From Tubiluchus corallicola (taxonomy: Eukaryota > Animalia > Priapulida), in contig JAQGDQ010000240.1 of the NCBI GenBank assembly GCA_030141605.1, positions 1-64,000 of the forward strand: DNA of 64,000 nt. Direction: 5' to 3'. Shown one piece after another: positions 1-10,762 of the stretch. The position numbers were made by a program, and so were the translations under genes. The notes below the pieces were generated by a model. That model searched no databases and had not been told where the DNA came from. It worked only from the letters and a program-made list of their open reading frames with translations. Numbering within the stretch: position 1 is the first letter of the stretch; every line of letters starts with the position of its first letter.

Positions 1-799
1 GTATCGACTTTTCTGTACAAAAGGGGGGTAATTAACCCCCAATATGAAGACTAAGTATTGAAAAAGTAAAAAATTCTTTTTTTAGTACATTTATTAGTTG
101 ATTTAATCTCTTTATTTTCTTCACCCGTGCTTTCCTGTTCCTAGTGTTTTTTTTTTATGTTCTGTCTCTCTCTCCCTCTTTTCCCTCTTTTGATGTTGAT
201 TGAAGGTTATAATAATAGTTAAGTGATTTACTGATTATGTTTCTCATGGTTGCTGTGGTTATTATTTTCCATGTATAATTGAGACTGAGAGACTTCTGGG
301 ACAAATCTATTAATATTATTACTGATGTACTGAGATCCTATCTTGGTTGTTAGCGTTGCTCATTTCTAAGGTTTAAAGTTACATTTTAGATTAAAGCTTG
401 TCGAAAATGTAGGTTACTATGTGCTGTTTTCTCATAAGTTAGCTGGAGGTCTTTTTTGTTGGTTTTGTGCAAAAAAACAAAACATGAAATGTGAAACAAA
501 CATGCAAAATCCTTTTTGTAACATCTGCACTGAAATTGCAGTCTGTGCATCATTCATGCACTTGGTTTTTATTTGCTGAAAATGTTAACTGTTTAAATGA
601 TAATTGAATTCATTCTGAAATTTGATTAAATTACTGACAGTTTAGTTGTGAATTTAAACTGCTTTGTAATTTTTTGAAGAAGATTCTTCCATTTACATAA
701 TTATAGTTGTCATCTAAATGGCAATTTATTACTGCTTCACTTAGTTATGCAAGTCATGATTCCGGAATTAAAAAAGAGGAAGAATTTAGAGAATATTAA

Positions 800-821
800 T
801 AATAGTAATAGTAATGATAGC

Positions 822-915
<94 letters not shown>

Positions 916-1030
916 GTAATAGTAATAGTAATAGTAATAGTAATAGTAATAGTAATAGTAATAGTAATAGTAATGATAGCACTTGTGGTAGTGGTAGTCG
1001 TAGTTGTAGTCGTAATAATAATAATAATAA
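800..1030. repeat. Compound microsatellite (AAT)n/(AGTAAT)n in WASHC2 intron
   Basis: Directly visible tandem units. Confidence 0.97.
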
Positions 1031-1104
1031 TTTTGATTAAATTTGATTTAATAAAATTCACTTTTATGGTTTTAAAAAAGAACCACTATTGTTTTATATT
1101 GTAG

Positions 1105-1875
1105 GGAAGAGCAAAAGGACAAACATCACGTCGATTACCGTCTCGTAGCAGGTCGAGGCAACTTCCGAAATCAACTAGTATGCCCGAAGATGTTTCAGAT
1201 GGAGCAGCTGCTGCGGATCGTGATTTGTCGAAATTGTTGAACTCTGTGGAAGCATCGTCATCACGGCGACCTCATTCCGATATATTTGATTCTGTTGTCA
1301 AGGAAGATTTCCCTCGTGATGTAGTGACTCCAGCAAATGCAGCTGTGCTTCCACAGAAATCAAAAACAGATGCCGATAACAGTGTTAGTTCTGAATACGA
1401 TAAACATAAGTTAAAAACAAGTGATGATCATGATCCATTAACCGATTCTGTTTCGGCAAACACAGGTTCCAATAATAAAGATTTATTTTCTTCTGTGTCC
1501 AAAACAGAACCACCAAGTTCATCATCGGCAGATACAGGAAAAAACACTTTCACAAAAACTACCAAACCTATTAGCTCCGTGGTGGACATTTTCAATGATG
1601 ATGTGGACGACGATGATGACGACGACGATATATTTAGTTCTGTAAAATCTAGTTCAACAAAATCAAAAGTTAATTCGGTGTCAACACCAGAATCAAAAAC
1701 AGTTCCTGTTGCTAAGCAATTAAACATTCCTACTCGGCCTTCTGTGGTATCTAAACAATTAAATAGCTCTAAAGAGTCTACTAAACCTAAAGAATTGTCA
1801 TCTTCCTTAGCAACTTCCACCGAACCTAAACAGGCAGTGGTTTCTAAGCCAGATACTAGTGTAAACACCAAAAAG
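1105..1875 (+). CDS. WASHC2: WASHC2/FAM21 internal exon
   Basis: ttgtag|GGA...AAG|gtaaaa; 771 nt open, Ser/Thr/Asp/Lys-rich with IF/LF-acidic motifs. Confidence 0.88.
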
Positions 1876-3330
1876 GTAAAATTTATAATAAAGTAATACA
1901 GCTAATTGGCTGAAATTTGAAGAAGCTGTAGACTGTGCAAAAATTGTAGAAACTAGTTAGTACTAGCTGGCAAATCATTCTGTGTGTGGTTTAAGTTACA
2001 CTTGTTCTGTTGAAACTTACTGATTTTATGTTTGTCTGATACATTAAGCTCTGTTACTGTTGTACATAATTGGTCTGTTATTTGCATCCATTTTGCTATT
2101 GTTTTCCTGTTCCAAAAAGCTTATATTGTGTGCAAGAATGTGGTTGTATAATTACATTATACATGAAAATGATACAACAGATTGTAGGTGGTATTGTTAC
2201 AACGAAAGTTGCTAAATGCTTTGTTTGCAGTGCTAGGTGAAATGTACAGTGAATCATCCAAACCAACCTACGTGAACACTATGTAGGTTGTAGCAAGTAG
2301 AAAAGCAGAAAAATTTAGTTGGAAGTTAAATAAGTAGCCATAGCAGCTATAATTTGGGTAGCTGTGCTAACATGTTGGCTGACCAGAGGTTGTAACTGAA
2401 TCTTTTTGATTGCCTATTTTAGGACATGGTAGCTAACCTAAGAGACAAAAAAGTAGATGATATATTTAATGATGACACTGACATATTTGACAACATTCCA
2501 AGTGTTGTGAAATCTACTTCCACAACAAAAAATAAATCCACCAGAGTTGCTGGCTCTATTTTCAATGATGAATTTGGTAAGTTTTGTTGAAATCTCAAAA
2601 AATGTTCATGGAAACATCTTACTATAAATAGTAATACTTATAATAGTGGTTTGTGCCAAACTAGATAGTTGTTAAATTCTCAAGGTGAAACCACGAAGTT
2701 ATGTATTAAGAAAAAATTTGCATGAGAAAAGACTTTCTCATATCAGGCAGCTTCTAGGAAATTATACCTATACTTTGCTGTGGAATGTGGATTGAAAAGC
2801 AGTGAATTATTACACATTTATCACTTGTAATATGTAATTGATAGTTTTAAAAAGTATAATTCTGAAAGAAAGATGATATTAAGTGATGGACACTAAGAAC
2901 TATTTTATTGCATTATGTTGTAGAGGAGAGCATGTTTTAATTTTTGTCTGTTTTTGTGTGAGCTTGACTATAAGCTTAGCTCTGCAAGCTACTGTTGCGA
3001 TTTCTTTTGATTTTGGCATTTATTGTCAAGTTTACTGAACAAACCTAGTCCCTGCCATGTATCATAATGTACAGAGAAAACCTGCTATTTGAAAATTAAC
3101 AGACACTGAAAAATTGCAATTTTTGTTACTGTAGATGCTATATTTTTTTTGCTGCAGACGATATATTTGCTGATTTGCCAACGCCGCCGTCAAAGCCATC
3201 GCCATCAGAAACGAAGGAAAATTCAACAGACCCAGCTAAATCTCGTAAATCCAGCAAGAAACTACCTTCCATCTTTGACAACGACTATCCAGATATTTTT
3301 GATGATCCACTAAACGCAATGTCGAAATAA
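1105..3330 (+). CDS. WASHC2: WASH complex subunit 2 (FAM21) homolog, 3' part; last three coding exons, 5' exons lie upstream of the window
   Basis: Exons 1105-1875, 2423-2576 and 3158-3330 have AG/GT boundaries and consistent phases (0,1). The sequence starts GRAKGQTSRRLPSR (second half of a CPI capping-protein motif) and has repeated (L/I)F-acidic motifs (DIFDS, DLFSS, DIFND, DDIFSS, SIFNDEFDDIF). It ends DIFDDPLNAMSK*, matching the characteristic IFDDPLNA terminus of FAM21. Confidence 0.9.
2423..2576 (+). CDS. WASHC2: WASHC2/FAM21 penultimate exon
   Basis: ttttag|GAC...TTTG|gtaagt; DMVANLRDKKVDDIFNDDTDIFDNIP...SIFNDEF. Confidence 0.85.
3158..3330 (+). CDS. WASHC2: WASHC2/FAM21 terminal coding exon
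   Basis: ctgcag|AC GAT...; ends PSIFDNDYPDIFDDPLNAMSK-TAA. Confidence 0.9.
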
Positions 3331-5010
3331 TTATTTTCTTGCTCTTTTCGTTTTTTCACTCATTAATCGAGCTTTCAGAAGTGGTGGGTGTTAGATGCAA
3401 AGCCTCATCTTGTCAGGAGAAATGCACATTAAATTATCATTTTCCGAGCTTTTAAGCGCAGTCCATTAGAAAACTGGCCAGAAAATTGATACTAGCAATA
3501 CCAAGAAACTGTTTCAAGTGCACATTGCATTTATTAATACGACTCGATGGAAATGTTGGATGAATAGTTAGCTAACTCAATCAAATACAATGTTGAATGT
3601 TTTACAATATCGGTAACAATTTTAAGTAGAAAAGAATTTTATCTTTTGGTTTTACTATGCAGGCATGCTGCGGATAACTAACAACGTTCATTATGTTACT
3701 AATAGTAACCATCACAAACAAGCTGAACTTTTGCAAGTCGTCCTAAAGGACAAATTTTTTGGACATCTGTTTATAAATATTTCTCAAAATCTTTTTCAAT
3801 TCTTTCAACATGTGCCTGCATCGTATTCACCAAAGCTTATGAAGAAGAAATTTTAATGAATTACTCTGAATCATATCGATAAAACACAGATTATAGATGG
3901 CTACATTGAAGAATTAATCTTGCTTTCATTTTAAAAATAAAGCACATATTTTGCAACCCATTGTGGGTTGCTTCTTCAGTGTTAAGGCAAGAAATATGGG
4001 AAATCTTGAAATACAAAAACCATACAGAATAACCCAAACAGAATATCGAAGCACTTTTCTATATTCTGTTGGGGTTTTCTGTATAATTTTATTGATATTT
4101 TCAATTATGGATCCCAAATTTATTAGAACACTCTGAATTATTGAAGGTAATATGAAAGCAGCAAGATTTTTGGCTTTGGTAGCTGACTTAAAATAACTGT
4201 ATTGATAAAAGCATGATTAGGTGTTAGCCAGTCTTAAGATCAAATCTTGATCTAATTTTTATTTCTTTTCTGTTTTACAGTAGTAGTTCCATCTCACTTT
4301 GACTTACTACACAAAATAATATAACTAGAGCCTGGTCGTCGTATTAATTTCTATTGTCACAGTAAAATGCATATGCAATGTAGGTGAAGAATATGAAGCC
4401 TTTGAAAGATAATTTTAGTTTATAATATATCTGTATGTATCTGACTTTGTTGCCTGATAAATTAACATATTAAGAGCTTGCATGCTACATACAAATACAT
4501 AATTGTCCATTTATATTAAGTACATTCTATCTGGAACATTGGGAGGTGTTTTGGAAAGAACAGTGCATTGTTGAAATTATATTTGTAGGGTATTAGAAGA
4601 AGCACAGTTCAAGCAAAGTTTAGTTTTAGCAGACACTATTTGTAATACTTTCATTGAAGTGAGTGTGACCAAGTGTGTACTGAAACGTACCATTTTACTT
4701 ACATATTTTGGAAATTTATCTAAATTGGGCAATTCCTTGTTTGCAAGCCTTACTGTCTTATGTAGTAATGTAAAATGTAAGGAATTGTTTAGACTGGCAA
4801 AGTATTACTTAAGTGTAACTCACTTTTGTACTTTACTAAAGTATTATTATGTACTATATTTTCTGGTCTTGTTGTTTATGTATAGAAATGTCTTTGTTGT
4901 ATCAGTGTTAGATGTTAAGTTTTTGCATTATGCAATTATTCTTTGAACTGTATATTAGTGTTTATGTCTAGATCACCATTTAAAATTGTGGTCACGGTTT
5001 GACACAGCTA

Positions 5011-5062
5011 AACTCAAATCACTACATGTAATATAACTCAAATCACTACATGTAATATAACT
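5011..5062. repeat. 24-bp tandem duplication
   Basis: aactcaaatcactacatgtaatat x2 plus a partial copy. Confidence 0.9.
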
Positions 5063-6296
5063 TAACTACAAATTAATGTAATTGCAGACTAGTCTGAATT
5101 CTGCTTAGGTACTGACATCAGTGACATGTGATTAAATATTTGTATTATATGGCGCCAGCTATACTATTATAATTAAGCAAAATTTAATACATTTAACAAA
5201 AATGAAATTGTAAGATACAGTCTGCTTTAGTGGTCTGTTTCCGAGCACTGCTACTATTGATTTTTTTATCGGGTCAGTATGCTGTACTTGCTGATTTTCT
5301 ATTATGGAATAGAATCAGCATGCACATATGTTTTCATTGTACCTGAAATCATGAACAAATAAATTTGTTTTTTTATAACGATTCATTGATGTTTTATTTC
5401 GAAGTTATTCTTGTGCACAACACCTTGTCTTTTTTTCAACATGAGATACTGCTGTTTTTTACAGGTGTGAATTTACAAATTTTCTATATCAAAAATTTTG
5501 AAATTCTTGTACAGATACATGCAGCATTCGTCTGTCCATTTATTTAGTTTTTTTCTTTCATTCTTACAACAAATATTTGCGAATCAAAGATTATTTTTAG
5601 TTGCTAAGAATCTGCACATGAATACAATTAAACCAGCTTTGGCTGCAAGCATTAGTCCGTAACCTGCACAGCTGCTTTTTTCATTTGATGGCACTAGCTG
5701 ATGGATTTGGTTATAAATTTAACTGCTACTGGAATAGTACATCCAGTTACATAAATTGTGGAAAAGTAGTGCAAACAATATGCGAATGGTGCACATTGAT
5801 TAATAATTATGTGTATTGTAGGATTGCTAGTGTGTTTTTATAAACTCTAGGGCTGTTGTTCCTGTATTGTTACACAGTTGAGGAACAACTAATCACTCGA
5901 GCGGGTGTGCAGAAAAAGTGAATACAATGGTATATTCCAAGTTCTTATCACGTACATAAGGTGCCAAATTTGATAATTTTACTTTTGAACCTGTGTTTAT
6001 AAAATAATTTTAACTAGATCGAGACCTTTCATCTGATGCATAGATCGCCGCAAATGGCGCCGTCATTGGAGCTGTAGCCTCGAATCTTATATAAATATAT
6101 ATTAAGTCCATTCCACCGAAATTAATATATACCATGATATTTTATCACATGCAATTTAATTCTTTCTAATAGCCACGTTTCTCATAAATACCGAGACACT
6201 TATTGTGCCCTAATAGGTGATTATATACTGCAGTAATTACTCTGCTTGTTAATATTCATAGAGTCGGCTGGCGATTTCGGCAACTGTCCTAGATGT

Positions 6297-6511
6297 CTAA
6301 ATACGAGGTTTAGCTGTGGGTTGAAATCTGTGCAGATTGAAAGTCTGTGGAAACATCGGAGGAGTTTCTACCTCTTCCTTGTGCCATTCATGAGTTTTCC
6401 AGTTGTTATGAAGGGGCTCGTGGTAAGGTGGAGGAGGGTGGTGTCTATACGAGTGATGCGGGGGTTCTTCATATATGGGGATCGGCACACAACCACATAC
6501 TCCCGGTGGAC
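6297..6511 (-). CDS. Short collagen exon 3 (end of triple helix, CGC, His/Pro-rich tail)
   Basis: TTTTCAG|GT CCA CCG GGA GTA TGT GGT TGT...CGT ATT TAG. Confidence 0.82.
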
Positions 6512-8120
6512 CTGAAAATTGTATAATATTCGGTTATATTTCCTTTAAATGCAACAATAATTCTAAACTGATTGCATGTTTAAGCACGTCCTTAGTTTTC
6601 CACCACAACAGAGTCTCAGCAGTGCATGCAGTGTTGTCGTCGATTCTGCGTTGCGTCTTTATGGTGCAGACGCTCTTACGAGTCTGTCTACCCGTGAGAG
6701 TATGCACGCACGCATTTATGCACTTGCACCGAAATGGGGAAAGATTAAAGGTCTGCTGACAAGCGCTGCAAACTCGCAATTTATAGGCAAAAAATTGAAG
6801 ATAAACTTATAGGTAAGGTGTCAGCGAATTAATCACAGTTGTCTTCGCATTATTTTGTAAATCAAATTTTTTGGCAATTAAAGTTATTAGAAACGAAGAT
6901 CACGTACCTGTTGGTCCTATTGGACCTAGTGGTCCAGTGAGTCCTGTTGGACCAGTCGGTCCAGGAACGCCCATATTTCCCTGTGGCCCAGTTGGTCCAG
7001 ATGGACCTGTTGGACCCGCAGGTCCGGATGCTCCCGGCACACCAGGAGAGCCTGGAGGACCGGCGCAGCAGCCACACCCGCCATGTTTGTTGTTACAACC
7101 ACCCCTGTGTTCTTTGATGTAGTAAAGAAAGACTGAAAAAATACCTTCCAAATACATTTTACCTTCCAAAACCAGCAGTTCTAAAAAGAACTATTAGACG
7201 TAACTATATTCTTCAAATTCGCTTAGTTCTATCAAGATTTTAATTCGTCTAGAATCTAGATTATTAAGTGAGATTTTGCGTAATTTGCATTGGTGCTGGA
7301 AGCGAACAGTCCATTATCAGTTGATAGCCTACTAATTACATAACTGTGTTTAAAGGGAAAACATATAGCAGATCGTAAAACAGAAAACTATTCATCGAGA
7401 TTTGTCAAACAATTAAGCGCTGGATAGCAACTTTTTACAAGATTGTAGTCTAAAATTAGATAGAATGTAATGACAAACTTACTGCAGTTCAAATAAATGG
7501 TTTACTAGTACATAACTATTAATAATAATGATAACTTTCGTCATGTTAGTATATTTCGTATCTTTTTAATCTGTGTTACCGTACCTGTTCTTTTGTTACA
7601 GTGACAGTCAGTCTTTATAATCGTCATCGTCTTCACCAGCACTGTTATCACTACTATCTTTATAACCATCATCATCATTATCGTCCTCATCATCACTATC
7701 ATCATCGTCATCGCTGGTCATTGTCAGTAAGTAATGGCAATTAATTTAAGAATAGGATGTACTAATATCTCTGATTTTGTCTTAACAGATGACTCTAAAA
7801 ACCGTAATTATAGTGCTGCCACTGTCATCTTTGTGACAGCTATAGTACAAGTTAAAAAGGCACGCATTTTAAAGCATATACTTACAGCTGAAGAATTGAG
7901 CGAACGTGAGTCCATCATCATCTTCGACTATAAGATCAGTAATGCACATTTCAACCGCTGTGAAATTGATAGCGCTGTGGTTGTAATCGTATTCTTTCCA
8001 CAGTGGATATAGGCAAAGTTCTACTGATTGAAACAATTCCCATGCATCTTGGCCAGTCACTACAAGCGCCAGATGACAGCAAGAACACGCCAACAAGACG
8101 GTAACAAAGAAATTTGCCAT
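6297..8120 (-). CDS. Secreted short-chain collagen-like protein, 224 aa, 3 exons
   Basis: Exons 8120-7886, 7132-6908 and 6511-6297 (235+225+215=675 nt, both introns phase 1, GT-AG). Signal peptide [23 protein letters not shown], Cys cluster [12 protein letters not shown], 18 uninterrupted Gly-X-Y triplets, then GVCGC and a His/Pro-rich tail. Confidence 0.82.
6908..7132 (-). CDS. Short collagen exon 2 (Cys cluster and Gly-X-Y repeat)
   Basis: TTTTTTCAG|TC acceptor, ACAG|GTACGT donor; [19 protein letters not shown]... Confidence 0.85.
7886..8120 (-). CDS. Short collagen exon 1 (signal peptide and acidic N-domain)
   Basis: ATG at 8120, hydrophobic leader, donor AGCT|GTAAGT at 7885. Confidence 0.75.
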
Positions 8121-9557
8121 TTCACCGTAGTCGACAATCCAAAATTTACGGAAACGTTATTTCTTAAACAAACCGTGCATTGATCAAGAATGACACTACC
8201 ACATATTACTGTCAAAATGTAAAAATAGCTTACATACGCTATTACTTTTTAGGTGAATGTTATTCACTAGAAAAAAATCGCTTTGAGAGTCTTGTTTCCG
8301 GACAGTAGGCTAGCGCACGCAAGTTCGCTTATATGAATCTACCTGTTACCTTTAATTTTTTAGGAATACCTATGTGTCATCACTCCTCTGTCTTACTATA
8401 CACTCTACAGAAACACCAGAATACGGCGTGGTAAGAATCTTACTATATCAGCTCAAAAACATCGTATATATACATATATATCCATATGCATATTTTGCTT
8501 GATTGCTTATAGCTCGCTTTAGTTGGCTAGTCTTTCATATTTTATTAATTGGAGAAAGTGAAGCATGCGATTTTTCCATGAACACACAAGCCAGTTATGT
8601 TTCTGCAGAGCGTAACGCATCAGTGTTCAAGATTTTGAAACTTAAAATAAGTTAGCAAATACTGCTCAAACACATAAATGTTTTCATGCCGTCTAAAGAT
8701 CAATTAAATGATGAAGTTATGTTGGATTACCATTGAAAATTGTGCAGGCAACGTTTCACTACACCTCACTTTTTCTCTCACCCCACTTTTGTGGTATCAC
8801 TCTGCTCCGCTTCGAGTCATTCTTCTTGCGCTTTAGTCCCCGTTTTCTTCTACTTTTGCCACTTTCTGTTGGCGAGATTTTGTTGCCGTTGTTTTTTTGC
8901 ACTCTTATAAATATGTTATAAAAATGTTATCTTACTTAATTTAGATTTGCCTGCTAATCCTTTAATGCGGTACTGTCAGACTTGTTAAAACAATTTTATC
9001 ACGTATCATCTAATAATTGTTTACTGAGGTTATTCATGACACAGGTTGTTTTATATAAAATTTAAAGTGTCTGACAATTTGGGCCAGGTAGATATTTTAT
9101 AGTGTGATAACTCTGCTTTGTCTTAAGTTCTTTGACGAAAGAATTTCGATCTTTCGCATGTAGACAGATGCAGTGACAACATTAAAATAACACTGATATT
9201 ATTACATGTATTTATGCAAATAATTCGTGCAGATCAGAGAGCGAGTTAAGCCCTTTCAGCTTATCTACCTCTGTTCACCACCCAGCTTATTAAAATGTCG
9301 ACTTTTATTGTACTGGTAATTTTCGTAAACGTTAAATTTTTCCTTCTGCGGAGAGAGCCTGAGGCAAAGCAGAGACAAATATGAAATGTGGCAAAACGGT
9401 ACCGCGACAGAACTTAAGTAGCTTATAAACACTTAGTGGTGTACAGATTTTGGTGGGATACACGGTGACTTTAGGGTTAGTTCAAAGATCAAGTTTTATC
9501 CGCCAGCAACGCGGATGTGACATACGCTGACGTTTTTTATTAGGGCTCTATCTTCTT

Positions 9558-10042
9558 ATAGTATAGTATGGTATGGTATGGTATGGTATGGTATGGTATG
9601 GTATGGTATGGTATGGTATGGTATGGTATGGTATGGTATGGTATGGTATGGTATGGTATGGTATGGTATGGTATGGTATGGTATGGTGTAGTGTAGTGTA
9701 GTGTAGTGTAGTGTAGTGTAGTGTAGTGTAGTGTAGTGTAGTGTAGTGTAGTGTAGTGTAGTGTAGTGTAGTGTAGTGTAGTGTAGTGTAGTGTAGTGTA
9801 GTGTAGTGTAGTGTAGTGTAGTATAGTATAGTATAGTATAGTATAGTATAGTATAGTATAGTATAGTATAGTATAGTATAGTATAGTATAGTATAGAATA
9901 GAATAGTATAGTATAGTATAGTATAGCATAGTATAGGATATCATAGTATAGCATAGCACACTATAGTATGATATGATATGGCATGGTAGGTATAGTACGG
10001 CACGGTATGGCACGGAACAGCATGGCATAGCATGGCATAGTA
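9558..10042. repeat. Compound pentanucleotide array (GTATG)n(GTGTA)n(GTATA)n with degenerate tail
   Basis: Directly visible. Confidence 0.97.
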
Positions 10043-10347
10043 TATCCTATCGCGGTTGCATTGAAATTGCATCGACATCGAAAAAGGCTTGTCACCATTA
10101 ATTCGAAAAAGACGAAGTTTGCATCTTTTTCTCGATATTGTAACACTACGTTACCTACATAAAATTATGGTGCACAAAGCTGTTTGTCTCTCTTTTCTTC
10201 CGATTAGTTCTTTCGTAGCTTGCTTAACCGCTTATCGTGAGTTTCCATTGGTCTGTTTGGGAAGATCTGCATAAAAAGTAGCAGCAGCAGCAGTAGCAAC
10301 AAATGTAACAAGAGCAACCAATATCAATGTTGCTCCGGCTGTCATTT

Positions 10348-10762
10348 CATAACCTAACCTAACATAACATAATATCACATAACATAACATAACATAACAT
10401 AACATAACATAACATAACATAACATAACATAACATAACATAACATAACATAACATAACATAACATAACATAACATAACATAACATAACATAACATAACAT
10501 AACATAACATAACATAACATAACATAACATAACATAACATAACATAACATAACATAACATAACATAACATAACATAACATAACATAACATAACATAACAT
10601 AACATAACATAACATAACATAACATAACATAACATAACATAACATAACATAACATAACATAACATAACATAACATAACATAACATAACACTAACGTAACG
10701 TAACGTAACGTAACGTAACGCAACGCAACGCAACGCAACATAACATAACATAACATAACATG
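10348..10762. repeat. Pentanucleotide array (AACAT)n with (TAACG)/(CAACG) variants
   Basis: Directly visible. Confidence 0.97.

Noticed and set aside
737-1104. Poly-L/N/I ORFs, and similar ones at 9540-10952, 38329-38748, 55182-55447, 58226-58626 and 61997-62311
   Set aside because: Translations of microsatellites, with no splice or homology support
6871-7122. Plus-strand collagen-like ORF ([13 protein letters not shown])
   Set aside because: Antisense shadow of GGN-CCN codons; splice sites, signal peptide and stop all support the minus strand
7133-7182. Alternative acceptor TTTTTAG|AACTG for collagen exon 2, and the ORF start MEGKMYLEG
   Set aside because: Joining exon 1 (phase 1, T) here creates TAA; the TTTTTTCAG acceptor at 7133 keeps the frame
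7610-7725. Asp-rich mini-ORF on the minus strand inside collagen intron 1
   Set aside because: Degenerate (GAT)n microsatellite that ends in a stop and has no usable splice sites
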